Assembly: GCA_040776945.1 (NCBI GenBank)
Contig: JAXGZN010000002.1
Location: forward strand, 96,001 to 160,000
Direction: 5' to 3'
Length of the DNA: 64,000 nt
From: Methanomassiliicoccaceae archaeon
GTDB lineage: Archaea; Thermoplasmatota; Thermoplasmata; Methanomassiliicoccales; Methanomassiliicoccaceae
This document shows, piece by piece, positions 19,537-28,999 of the stretch. The notes beneath the pieces were generated by a model. That model was not told where the DNA came from. It ran no database searches and saw only the letters and a list, made by a program, of their open reading frames with translations. How positions within the stretch are numbered: position 1 is the first letter of the stretch; the number at the start of each line of letters is the position of its first letter. Both the position numbers and the translations under genes were made by a program.

Positions 19537-21807
19537 ATGACCGAAGAGCACGCCCCCCATACCAGCGGGGTAGAGGTCACCCTCAACCGGGACCTTGGTC
19601 TGGCAGAAGTATTGATGATCGGCATCGGGCCCAACATCGGGTCATCCATATTCCTGCTGATAGGCCTGGCCACGGAGATCGTGGGGCCCGGCCTGCTCCT
19701 GACCTTCGGGCTGAACTTCGTGGTGACGATATTCACAGCTCTGGCATATGCCGAGCTGGCAAGCGCCTTCCCGGAGACGGGAGGCGGCTATCTTTGGGTG
19801 AAGGAAGGCCTTTTCGAGCCTTTGGGCTTTTTGGGAGGCTGGATGTCATGGGTGGGCCACTGCATCGCCTGCAGCGTTTACGCCATAGGCTTCGGCACCG
19901 GGGTAAGCCTCCTGCTCACCCAGTATAACCTCGAGATACCGGGGCTATCTCCTGAGAGCGTAACCTCCATATTCACGGTGCTGATCGCGGTGGCGTTCTG
20001 CTACATGAACTACCGCGGGGTGAAGGGGGCCGGACGGTCCGGGATCCTGGTCTCCAGCTTCCTCATAGGCATAATCATCATATTCTGCCTCTTCTGCATC
20101 GCGTTCATAATGGGCGACCCCTCCGCCGCCGGGATCGACGGTTTCGGCCCGGTGCTTCTCCCCTTCGGCTACATGTCCATCGCCACCTCCATGGGCTTCA
20201 CCTTCATGATCTTCGAAGGCTACGAGGTGGTGGCCCAGACCGGCGAGGAGGCCAAGCACCCCGAGAAAACGGTCCCGCGGGCCATGTTCCTGTGCATCAC
20301 CATATCCGCGGTCCTGTTCATCGCGGTGGCCGCGGTGACCTTCGCCACCATCGGATGGCAGGCCACCGCCGAGGGGGCCGACCACGCGCTGAACTTGGCG
20401 GCCGACAAGGCGATACCGTTCATCGGCGGAGCCCTCATGTCCGTTGGCATGATAATCGGTTCAGTGGCAGCAGTGAACTCAGTGGTCTTTTCGGCCTCCC
20501 GGGTCTCCTTCGCCATGGGGCGCGACGGCAACCTCCCTTCGATATTCGGCAGGCTGCATCCGACAAGGCATACTCCTGTAACGGCGATCCTCATCAGCGG
20601 CATGATAATCATATTCATGGCGGTGACCTTCGATATCCGGAAGGTAGCTGCTGTCGCCGACGTGATGGTCCTCCTGCTCTTCGTTCTCGTTAACCTGTCC
20701 ATGATGACACTGAGGAAAAGGAGGCCTGATGCTAAGCGCTCCTTCATCTCCCCTCTGTTCCCTTGGATCCCGTTGGCGGGCGTGGGTTCCAAGATGTTCT
20801 TGGCCATCATGCTCTTCGACCTGGACCCCCTTGCATGGTACCTCGCGCTGGCAGTGATCTTCGCCGGCCTGCTGGTCCACTATTTCGCCAAAGGGAAGGA
20901 GGAGATCGAGCACTTCCGTCCCCCCGCGCCCTCGGTCCTTAGCGATGAGGCCAAGGCCCGGTACCGCGTGCTCATACCCGTTGACGATCCCCGGAACGAA
21001 GGAATAATCGACATCGCGGTCACCCTGGCCGCAAAGTATGACGGGGAGATCCTGCTCACTACGGTGGTCGAGGTGCCGGCCAGCGTACCGCTGAGCGCGG
21101 TAGAGAAGAAGCGGGTGGACGAACGCAAGAAGGTCCTTGAAAGGCTGCGCGAGTACTCCGAGATGCGCGGCATAAAGACCAGGGCCATCGTGCTGGTATC
21201 GCATGATGTGGTGGCGAGCGTCATAGACACCGCCAAGGACTATCATGTCAACGCCATAATCGTAGGCTGGAAGGGATACACCAACACTCAGAAGCGCATC
21301 CTCGGCCGCAAGCTCGACGACATCGTCCGCCAGACCCCTTGCGACATCATGGTGCTCAAGGCCGACGGCAAGCTGCATCTGGACAACATCATGATACTGT
21401 CCGGCGGTCTGTGGCACGTAAGCAAGGCCACCGAGGTGGCGGCGGACATCGCTCAGATGAACGATTCCCGGATCACGATCCTGAACGTCATCGTCAACGA
21501 GAGGTACCTGGTCAAGGCAGCGGAATATTCCAAGCGCCTCAAGATGATCGTGGAGAGCCGCCAGGTCCCGGTCATCATCAAAGAGATCCGGCCGGAGCTC
21601 ATTGTCGGGGGAGTGGTGGCCGAGTCTCTGGAGACCGACCTCCTGGTTATCGGTTCATCGGCGGCAAAGAGGTGGGACCAATTCGCCTTCGGCGCCATCC
21701 AGGACGTCATCGCCAAGAACGCCAAGTGCCCGGTGCTGGTCTACAAGAGGGTCGCCCCCGGGACTCCTGACGCACCTATGCTCGGCCCGCCTGACGACGA
21801 GGACTGA
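19537..21807 (+). CDS. APC-family amino acid permease fused to two universal stress protein domains
   Basis: About 12 TM segments (AELASAFPETGGGY, GEEAKHPEK), then VLIPVD...DDIVRQTPCDI and FGAIQDVIAKNAKCPVLV. Confidence 0.9.
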   Translation: MTEEHAPHTSGVEVTLNRDLGLAEVLMIGIGPNIGSSIFLLIGLATEIVGPGLLLTFGLNFVVTIFTALAYAELASAFPETGGGYLWVKEGLFEPLGFLGGWMSWVGHCIACSVYAIGFGTGVSLLLTQYNLEIPGLSPESVTSIFTVLIAVAFCYMNYRGVKGAGRSGILVSSFLIGIIIIFCLFCIAFIMGDPSAAGIDGFGPVLLPFGYMSIATSMGFTFMIFEGYEVVAQTGEEAKHPEKTVPRAMFLCITISAVLFIAVAAVTFATIGWQATAEGADHALNLAADKAIPFIGGALMSVGMIIGSVAAVNSVVFSASRVSFAMGRDGNLPSIFGRLHPTRHTPVTAILISGMIIIFMAVTFDIRKVAAVADVMVLLLFVLVNLSMMTLRKRRPDAKRSFISPLFPWIPLAGVGSKMFLAIMLFDLDPLAWYLALAVIFAGLLVHYFAKGKEEIEHFRPPAPSVLSDEAKARYRVLIPVDDPRNEGIIDIAVTLAAKYDGEILLTTVVEVPASVPLSAVEKKRVDERKKVLERLREYSEMRGIKTRAIVLVSHDVVASVIDTAKDYHVNAIIVGWKGYTNTQKRILGRKLDDIVRQTPCDIMVLKADGKLHLDNIMILSGGLWHVSKATEVAADIAQMNDSRITILNVIVNERYLVKAAEYSKRLKMIVESRQVPVIIKEIRPELIVGGVVAESLETDLLVIGSSAAKRWDQFAFGAIQDVIAKNAKCPVLVYKRVAPGTPDAPMLGPPDDED

Positions 21808-22749
21808 TCATCCGACCGCCGCGGCAAGCTCATCAATAAGCCGGTCGGCAGCTTGGCGGGGGAGGCGAACACCTGCACTGCCAGGATGTCCACCTCCGTC
21901 CGTGCCGTGGGCGCGGGCGAAGTCCCGGACGAAGAGCCCGAGATCGACATTGCCGCCCCCGCATGCCCGCAGCGAGGCCACCGAGGCATCCCTTGAATCG
22001 TGCACCAGCATCGCATAGCGGCAGCCGCGCTCTCTTGCCGCCTCGACAAGGGCCAGGGAGCCGAAACCATATAGGGACGGCCGGTCCCGGCGCAGGTCAA
22101 GAAGCCCCAGTCCCCCTCGCACTTGGAGCTTCTCTCTCACCTTGGACAGTGCCCTGGCCCAGCGGTCCCCGCCGATCATCGCCTGGTATCTGTCCACGAC
22201 GCTCCCGACCTCTGACGGCAACGATCCTGCCGATAGCGCCCTGGCGGTCTCCAGGCGAAAGCCATCGTCCTCGATGTTGTATCTCCAAGAGAAGTCCAGG
22301 ATGCGGGACTCAAGCTCGATCCTTTCCCTTCCCATTGTGGCGGCCATCCAGGCCACCGCTGCGGTTTCGGACCGCTCGTAGAGGTCGGCGAGGGCCACCG
22401 CTCCCGTGAGCGATGAGAGCAGGCCAAAGTGCCGGTGCAGCGCCCCGGCAGCGCTCATGGAGACATCCACGACGGCCTGGGGATGGCATTCGCACGCGGG
22501 ATGATGGTCCACCAACATTATCCTGGGGTCCTTGTCCAAAAGGGCCATTATCTCCGGGGTGAGCGGGACATCGGCAATGATGATGACATCATGGCCTCCG
22601 TCGTTCGAGGCAGCTTCTGCTGCAGATGGAGGGGAGCTGATGAAGGTGATCTCTCCGCTAGGATATCTCCCCAGGAACACTGCAGCGCAAACGATGCCGT
22701 CCAGGTTTCCCCGGGTGATCAGTCTGGCCTTCGGGAGCCTCTTTCCCAT
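21808..22749 (-). CDS. DHH/DHHA1 family phosphoesterase-like protein
   Basis: RGNLDG (motif I variant), IADV, VDHH and GGGHPGSAG. Confidence 0.8.
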   Translation of the reverse strand: MGKRLPKARLITRGNLDGIVCAAVFLGRYPSGEITFISSPPSAAEAASNDGGHDVIIIADVPLTPEIMALLDKDPRIMLVDHHPACECHPQAVVDVSMSAAGALHRHFGLLSSLTGAVALADLYERSETAAVAWMAATMGRERIELESRILDFSWRYNIEDDGFRLETARALSAGSLPSEVGSVVDRYQAMIGGDRWARALSKVREKLQVRGGLGLLDLRRDRPSLYGFGSLALVEAARERGCRYAMLVHDSRDASVASLRACGGGNVDLGLFVRDFARAHGTDGGGHPGSAGVRLPRQAADRLIDELAAAVG

Positions 22750-23077
22750 CTAGGCGTCCGATAAAAAGGGCGTTTAAGAATGTCCCGAACCTATTATCTG
22801 AAATGATAACATCCGATCCATTGGCCGCCCCTGGGAAATGGCGGATGCTGCCTCAGCAAGGGCGACCAACGGTGTAGATGCTCTCCCCTCGCAGCATCGC
22901 TCCGAGCCCTGGGCAGATGGACGTCAACATCGAGAATGAGGACCGACGCTTCTTAAGCTCGCTTCCCATCGCTCGTTCCATGGGCTGGAGGAAAGGACGT
23001 CCGTGAACGGCCTGAAGCTTCCCTGTACTGCCACCGGCTATGCCCCGGCAGGCGCTGAACATCCATTGGAGTAGACG

Positions 23078-23815
23078 ATGACCGACATAACCTATCTAGG
23101 CGAGGGAAGCGCAAGGCCCAGCGAACACGAGCACCTGCTGGAAGCGACGTTCAAGACGATGGGAACGGCCTACGGCTATGATCAAGTGAAGGTGGACTAC
23201 GCGTCCTATAAGGAGTTCAAAAGCACTTGGCAAAGGCTCGGCAGGACGGTCTCGTTCGAGATATCGGACTACCTTGGTGCCGCAAGGCCCGAGGTCCTCG
23301 GGGACTTTGCCCAGGCGCTGTACGAGCGCATAGAGAAGCGCACACCTGGATGCGTCTACAGCCCCCGCTTGAAGGCCTACTTGGAGTCCGATGACTTCGT
23401 CCTCAGGAACCAGGCCACCTATGTAAGGAGGAGCAGGAACCTGACCAGGACGGCCCTGGGACGGCACTTCGACCTGCGGGAGACATACCGACGGCTGGTT
23501 GACAGCGGAACGGTCTCACCGTCCAAGAACGTGTCCCTGCATTGGACCAAGAGCGGGAACCGCATGAGGGTGGGGTACTGCAGCGTGCTCATGAGAGTGG
23601 TGGCCATATCCTCTCTCCTTGACAACGAGAAGGTCCCAGACTTCGTCCACGAGTACGTTCTGTACCACGAGCTTCTTCATCTGGAGGACGGCCTGTCGGA
23701 CGGGCGGCGGCACCACACGCCCGAGTTCAAGGCCCGCGAGCGGCAACACCCTAGATGGAAGGAGTCCGAGGAATGGCTCAGGAAGCTGGCGGCCCGGAAG
23801 GTGGACCTGAGGTGA
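23078..23815 (+). CDS. SprT/YgjP-like (M48/WLM-related) zinc metalloprotease-fold protein
   Basis: YVLYHELLH...HHTPEF zincin motif, RVGYCS. Confidence 0.8.
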   Translation: MTDITYLGEGSARPSEHEHLLEATFKTMGTAYGYDQVKVDYASYKEFKSTWQRLGRTVSFEISDYLGAARPEVLGDFAQALYERIEKRTPGCVYSPRLKAYLESDDFVLRNQATYVRRSRNLTRTALGRHFDLRETYRRLVDSGTVSPSKNVSLHWTKSGNRMRVGYCSVLMRVVAISSLLDNEKVPDFVHEYVLYHELLHLEDGLSDGRRHHTPEFKARERQHPRWKESEEWLRKLAARKVDLR

Positions 23816-23865
23816 CCTCCTCCGAGCCTCGCAATATTTAATCCACAGGGACAATATCCCCCGAG

Positions 23866-24858
23866 GTGCCGAGGTTGGAGAAGGATAGGCTGTGGATCAG
23901 CGACATCATCACCAAGGGGATGAGGATCGATGAAGTGTACGTGGTCAAGAAGAAGGACCCTCCCCGCAAGGGCCGCAAGGCGAACCACTTCTTCTCCCTT
24001 GTCCTCAGCGACTCCACAGGGGAGATAAGGACCAACTATTGGGGGGGCAACGAGGAAGGGCCGGTCAAGAAGGTCTATGACTCCATTCGCGAGGGCGCCC
24101 TCATCAGGGTCAGGGGCTCCAGCGACCAGTTCAACGACGCGATGGTGATACAGGTGAACCTGTCCAACGGAGACGATGTCCTAGAGGAGACCGTATCAGG
24201 CGATTACGATGTCTCGCACTTCGTGGCCTGTGCCGAGAGGGACCCCGAGGAGATGTACGCCGAGCTTCATGCCCTCATGCAACAGATCACCGATCCGGAC
24301 ATCGGGGCGATGCTGGAAAAGCTCTTCGGGGACCAGGACCTGCTGCGCAGGTTCAAGGCCGCCCCCGCCTCGGTCACCTTTCACTGCGCTTGGGTCGGAG
24401 GACTGCTGGAGCATACCCTCAACGTGGCGAGGAACTGCGAGGCCATCTCTCGCCTGTATCCCGCGCTGGACCACGATCTGCTGCTGGCATCGGCCATTCT
24501 GCACGACATCGGTAAGGTTTACTGCTACGACGTATCCACCACCATAACCGAATCGGTCAACGGCAGGCTGCTGGGGCACATCGTCATAGGGGCCCGCATG
24601 GTGGAGGGCGCATGCGACAGATGCGACCAGTTCCCCGAGCTGCTGAGGACCAAGCTGGTGCATATGGTGCTGGCGAGCCACGGGACCAATGAGAAGGGCT
24701 CCCCGACCGAGGCGGCCATCCCGGAGGCATTGGCGCTGAACTTCGCTGACGAGATGGATGCAAAGCTGGAGAGGTTCATCCGTGCCAGGGACAGCGGCGG
24801 GCCGGAGGACACGTTCGTGGTCGACCGGGCCCTGGGGACCAAGATATTCCTCGGGTGA
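23866..24858 (+). CDS. YhaM/Cbf1-like 3'-5' exonuclease (OB fold + HD domain)
   Basis: LSDSTGEI OB fold; HCAWVGGLLEHT, LHDIGK, GHI, SHG and ADEMDAK. Confidence 0.9.
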   Translation: MPRLEKDRLWISDIITKGMRIDEVYVVKKKDPPRKGRKANHFFSLVLSDSTGEIRTNYWGGNEEGPVKKVYDSIREGALIRVRGSSDQFNDAMVIQVNLSNGDDVLEETVSGDYDVSHFVACAERDPEEMYAELHALMQQITDPDIGAMLEKLFGDQDLLRRFKAAPASVTFHCAWVGGLLEHTLNVARNCEAISRLYPALDHDLLLASAILHDIGKVYCYDVSTTITESVNGRLLGHIVIGARMVEGACDRCDQFPELLRTKLVHMVLASHGTNEKGSPTEAAIPEALALNFADEMDAKLERFIRARDSGGPEDTFVVDRALGTKIFLG

Positions 24859-25443
24859 TCAGGGCCGCCGCAGCGTCACTGAGTACTGCGAAAGGAACCC
24901 TTCGCCCTCCAAGCCGCCGATGTCGACGACGCTGAGCACCTCGAAAGGAGGCTGGAAGGCGCTCACCGCAGCCTCCTTGGTCATGCACCCTGGAGGTGAG
25001 CTCTTGTAGCTTGGCACAACGAACACTATGTATCCCCCCGGTCTTGTGATCCTGTGCAGTTCCTTGATGAATAGCGCACGCTCCTCTCCCTTGAGCGCAT
25101 TATAGACCCTAGGATCGAACACAACATCGAACTCACCCGGATGGAACGGCATCTTGGTCGGCTCCGCCGAGTACACCTGTACCCTCGCATCCGTTTCCGC
25201 TATCCTCTGCCGCGCGATCTCCACCTCTCCAGGGAAGAGGCCGACCAGGGCGACGGCATAGCCCGACTGGGCCATATAGAGCGCGTCGATCCCGTCATCA
25301 TTGCTCAGCACCAGCGCTCGGCCGGAGGGCATCAGCCGGCTGGCCACGGCCTCGATCAGGGCCTCGTGGGGGCGGTACTCGCCCACCGGGTTGTCCTGCA
25401 GCGGCCGGCCCCAGTACATCTTTTCTATGTTAGGCGACACCAT
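24859..25443 (-). CDS. Class I SAM-dependent methyltransferase-like protein
   Basis: PFHPGEFDVV and ELHRITRPGG. Motif I is degenerate (VLSNDDG). Start is 25443 or 25479. Confidence 0.7.
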   Translation of the reverse strand: MVSPNIEKMYWGRPLQDNPVGEYRPHEALIEAVASRLMPSGRALVLSNDDGIDALYMAQSGYAVALVGLFPGEVEIARQRIAETDARVQVYSAEPTKMPFHPGEFDVVFDPRVYNALKGEERALFIKELHRITRPGGYIVFVVPSYKSSPPGCMTKEAAVSAFQPPFEVLSVVDIGGLEGEGFLSQYSVTLRRP

Positions 25444-25911
25444 GATTGCACGTAACTGACTTGTCAATGCCGAGGCCATAAATCTTGGCAGGACCGCGGT
25501 CGGCCGGTCCGGTGGTAAACCATCTCCAAAAGAGGGATGCGGCCCGGCCGGAAAGCCTCTATTGTCCCCCGGACCTTAACAGATTGGTTCATGGACGGCG
25601 AAAGCCTGTTCTCCCCACACTGACCCAGGCCGGGGGTTTGTTGTCGCGCGTCGGGGTTGTTTCCCATTCATGACCCGATGTCACATCGTTGTTCATGGAA
25701 AGACCCATATGAACGACGCTCTGTTCGCCTCCAGCATGCAAGGGGGTTCACGGATCGCCCCCGATCTCTGGAAGCGTTCGAACCATAGCGCGGCAGCTCT
25801 TAATGTTTTCCCCCGATGGACGGATGCTGCCGAGTTATTTTTGTGGGCGGCCCGCTTCTCAAAACCGGGAAGATATATGTACGCCGGGTTGAGATGAATA
25901 GAGAGGTCTAA

Positions 25912-26808
25912 GTGCTTATCGGATGCAGCGGATGGTCTTATGAGGATTGGGCGGGCAGGTTCTATCCCGTCAATATCGCCAGGAAGAAGGAGGAGTGGTT
26001 ACGTTACTATGCCTCGTTCTTCAACACGGTCGAGATAAACAGCACGTTCCATCGCCCTCCGAACGATTACATCGTCAACGGATGGATCAAGAAGGGGCTG
26101 GGGCTGAGGGGCTTCGAGTACTCGGTCAAGATGCCTTCACAAGTGACACATGACGCGCTCGGCAAGATGGAGGGGATCAAGGCCGGGATCATGGCGTCGG
26201 CCTTCGAAGCCTCCTGCGTAAGGCCGCTGGCGGAGAACCAGCTGTTGGGAGCGGTCCTCCTTCAGCTCCCGCCCACCCTGCGGAACGATGTGCCATCGAG
26301 GAAGGCCCTGGAGGAAACCCTTAACGCCCTGGACACCGACCACTACCGCTATGCCGTCGAGTTCCGCCACCGGTCCTGGCTCGATGACGGGACTGGAGGG
26401 CCGGACCTTCGGGTACGGGACATCCTGTCGTCATTCAAGGTCGCCAGCGTGGCGGTGGACGGACCAGGCATCGAGGTGACCACGGACGCTACCGCCGACC
26501 ATGCCTACGTGCGCATCCACGGCCGCGACCACGACATATGGTCGGATGAGGAGCGGGAGGACGACATCCGCCTGAGCAGGTTCGGCCATTTGTACAGCGA
26601 GGAGGAGATGGAAGGGATCAAGGACCGCATAGTGCGGCTTTCGGAAAAGGTGTCCGAGGCGAGGGTCTATTTCAACAACACGTCCAAGGCCAAAGGCATA
26701 AGGAACGCGCTGCAGCTGATGGACCTGCTCGGCATACGCCATCGGGAGAAGGAGATCCCGATGCAAGACCAGGCCTATCTGGGCCCATTCCTAATGGCTA
26801 GACAGTGA
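25912..26808 (+). CDS. DUF72 (YecE-like) TIM-barrel protein
   Basis: IGCSGWSY..W, VEINSTF, LLQLPP, AVEFRH.SW, YVRIHGR, YFNN. Confidence 0.92.
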   Translation: MLIGCSGWSYEDWAGRFYPVNIARKKEEWLRYYASFFNTVEINSTFHRPPNDYIVNGWIKKGLGLRGFEYSVKMPSQVTHDALGKMEGIKAGIMASAFEASCVRPLAENQLLGAVLLQLPPTLRNDVPSRKALEETLNALDTDHYRYAVEFRHRSWLDDGTGGPDLRVRDILSSFKVASVAVDGPGIEVTTDATADHAYVRIHGRDHDIWSDEEREDDIRLSRFGHLYSEEEMEGIKDRIVRLSEKVSEARVYFNNTSKAKGIRNALQLMDLLGIRHREKEIPMQDQAYLGPFLMARQ

Positions 26809-26899
26809 CCGTCCCGAGGCCTGCCGCCGCTACGGAGAACTGGCAAGATATGAATAAGAATCCGGACATGCTTACACCGTGGGAGGACCGGTAGGCAGC

Positions 26900-28999
26900 A
26901 TGAGGTCACTGTTCGAAGCATCGTCCATCGCGGTGGTGGGCGCATCCCAGAAGGAAGGGAAGATAGGCCACATCATCGTACGGAACCTCATCGGTTCCGG
27001 TTACCGCGGCTCGCTATATCCTGTGAACCCCAGGTCCGCTGAGGTGCTGGGACTTAAGTGCTACCCTGACCTTGCTTCCATCCCCGGAGAGGTAGAGATG
27101 GTCGTCGTCGTCGTTCCCGGCACGGCGGTGCCCCAGGTAATGGAGGAGGCCGGGGAGAAAGGGGCCAAGGTCGCGGTGGTGATATCCGCCGGCTTCCGAG
27201 AGACAGGCCGGGAGGGGGCGGAGCTGGAGCGCCGGGTCGGGGAGATCGCCAGGCGCCACGGACTGAGGGTCCTGGGGCCCAACTGCATGGGGGTGATCAG
27301 CACCTCCAATTCGATGAACGCGACCTTCACCAACGATTACCCGCGTGAAGGACCGGTCGCCATAAGCTCCCAGTCCGGGGCGATCTGCTCGGTGGTCCTC
27401 GACTGGGCCCGGGCCACCCGCATCGGCTTCTCCAAGTTCATCTCTGTAGGGAACAAGCTGGACATCGATGAGGCGGACCTTCTGGGATACCTAAAGGACG
27501 ACGAGCAGACCGCGGTCATCGGCCTGTACATCGAGGGCATGTCCAAGGGACAGGAGTTCATCAGGGTGGCCAGGGAGACCTCGAGGTCCAAGCCCATCAT
27601 CGCCTTGAAGGCCGGAAGGACGAGCTCCGGGGCAAAGGCCGCATCCTCGCACACCGGCGCGCTCTCCGGGAGCGACAAGGTCTACGACGCCGCGCTGGCC
27701 CAGGCCGGCGTGGTGCGGGTCAAGACAATCGATGAGCTCTTCGACCTGCTGCAGGCGTTCGGCACCTCGCGCATCCCCGAGGGCGAAGGCCTCGCCATAG
27801 TGACCAACGCAGGCGGCCTGGGAGTGATGGCTGCGGACGCGGTGTCCGACAACGGGCTGTCTCTCGCATCGTTCGCTCCGGAGACCGTTGAACGGCTAAA
27901 GGCCGTACTGCCGGAAGAGGCCAACTTCTACAACCCGGTGGATGTGATCGGCGATGCCGACGCCGCCAGGTACGAGGTGGCCATCCGGACGGTGGTCGAG
28001 GACCCCAATGTCCACATGGTCCTTGCACTGCTCGCGCCGACGGACGTGCTTGACATCAGCTCGGTGGCCAGGACGATCGCCTCTTTCTCCGGCAGCTCTC
28101 GGGTGCCGATAGTGGCCTCCTTCGTGGGCGGAGAGGACGTGGAAGAAGGCTCCCGCATCCTCATGGAGGCCGGGGTGCCGTCCTTCCAATCCCCGGACAG
28201 GGCGGCGCGGGCCCTGAGCGCGATGGTCCGCTACAAAGAGATGAAGGAGCGCGTTCCAGAGGGGGACATGCCAAAAGTGGCCGGGGACACCGCGGCGGTC
28301 AGGAGGCTGTTGGACCGGGTGCGGTCTGAAGGAAGGACGGCGCTCAGCGAGAGCGAGGGCAAGGAGATCTTCATGGCCTACGGCCTGCCGGTGCCGCCGG
28401 AAGGAGAGGCGCACAGCGCCGACGAGGCGGTCAAGCTCGCCCACGTGATCGGATACCCCGTGGTCATGAAGATCTCATCACCGGACATCGCCCACAAGAC
28501 CGATGTCGGAGGTGTCGCGGTCAACCTGAAAAGCGATGAGGAGGTCCGGCGCACCTACGGCCTGATGATGTCCCAGGTACGCGACAGGATGCCGTCCGCC
28601 CGGGTCAGCGGGGTAACGGTGGAGAAGATGTTCTCCGGCCGGGAGGTCATCGTTGGCATGGTCCGTGACGAGACCTTCGGCCCGGTCATCACCTTCGGCC
28701 TGGGAGGCATATTCGTGGAGATCATGAAGGACGTAAGCCAGCGCATAGTGCCGGTGACCGAGGGGATGGTGGACGACATGATCCGGTCCATAAAGGCCTA
28801 CCCCATACTCACCGGGGCCCGGGGGCGCAGGCCCGCGGACATCGAGGCGCTGAAGAAGATAATATTCGGGGTCGCCCAGATCGCCATGGACTTCCCCGAG
28901 ATAATGGAACTTGAGATCAACCCGGTCATGGTCGGGGACGCCGGCCAAGGATGTGGGGCGGTCGATGCGTTGGTGACGATTAGGAGAGTGGTTCAATGA
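26900..28999 (+). CDS. Acetate-CoA ligase (ADP-forming), fused alpha-beta
   Basis: GPNCMG, SQSGA, SHTGAL (phospho-His), NPVD, AHKTDVGGV, ELEINP. Confidence 0.93.
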   Translation: MRSLFEASSIAVVGASQKEGKIGHIIVRNLIGSGYRGSLYPVNPRSAEVLGLKCYPDLASIPGEVEMVVVVVPGTAVPQVMEEAGEKGAKVAVVISAGFRETGREGAELERRVGEIARRHGLRVLGPNCMGVISTSNSMNATFTNDYPREGPVAISSQSGAICSVVLDWARATRIGFSKFISVGNKLDIDEADLLGYLKDDEQTAVIGLYIEGMSKGQEFIRVARETSRSKPIIALKAGRTSSGAKAASSHTGALSGSDKVYDAALAQAGVVRVKTIDELFDLLQAFGTSRIPEGEGLAIVTNAGGLGVMAADAVSDNGLSLASFAPETVERLKAVLPEEANFYNPVDVIGDADAARYEVAIRTVVEDPNVHMVLALLAPTDVLDISSVARTIASFSGSSRVPIVASFVGGEDVEEGSRILMEAGVPSFQSPDRAARALSAMVRYKEMKERVPEGDMPKVAGDTAAVRRLLDRVRSEGRTALSESEGKEIFMAYGLPVPPEGEAHSADEAVKLAHVIGYPVVMKISSPDIAHKTDVGGVAVNLKSDEEVRRTYGLMMSQVRDRMPSARVSGVTVEKMFSGREVIVGMVRDETFGPVITFGLGGIFVEIMKDVSQRIVPVTEGMVDDMIRSIKAYPILTGARGRRPADIEALKKIIFGVAQIAMDFPEIMELEINPVMVGDAGQGCGAVDALVTIRRVVQ

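Noticed and set aside
22760-23070. Possible RNase P or SRP RNA in the intergenic gap (GAGGAAAG seen)
   Set aside because: Lacks the remaining RNase P conserved regions and the SRP helix 8 motif.
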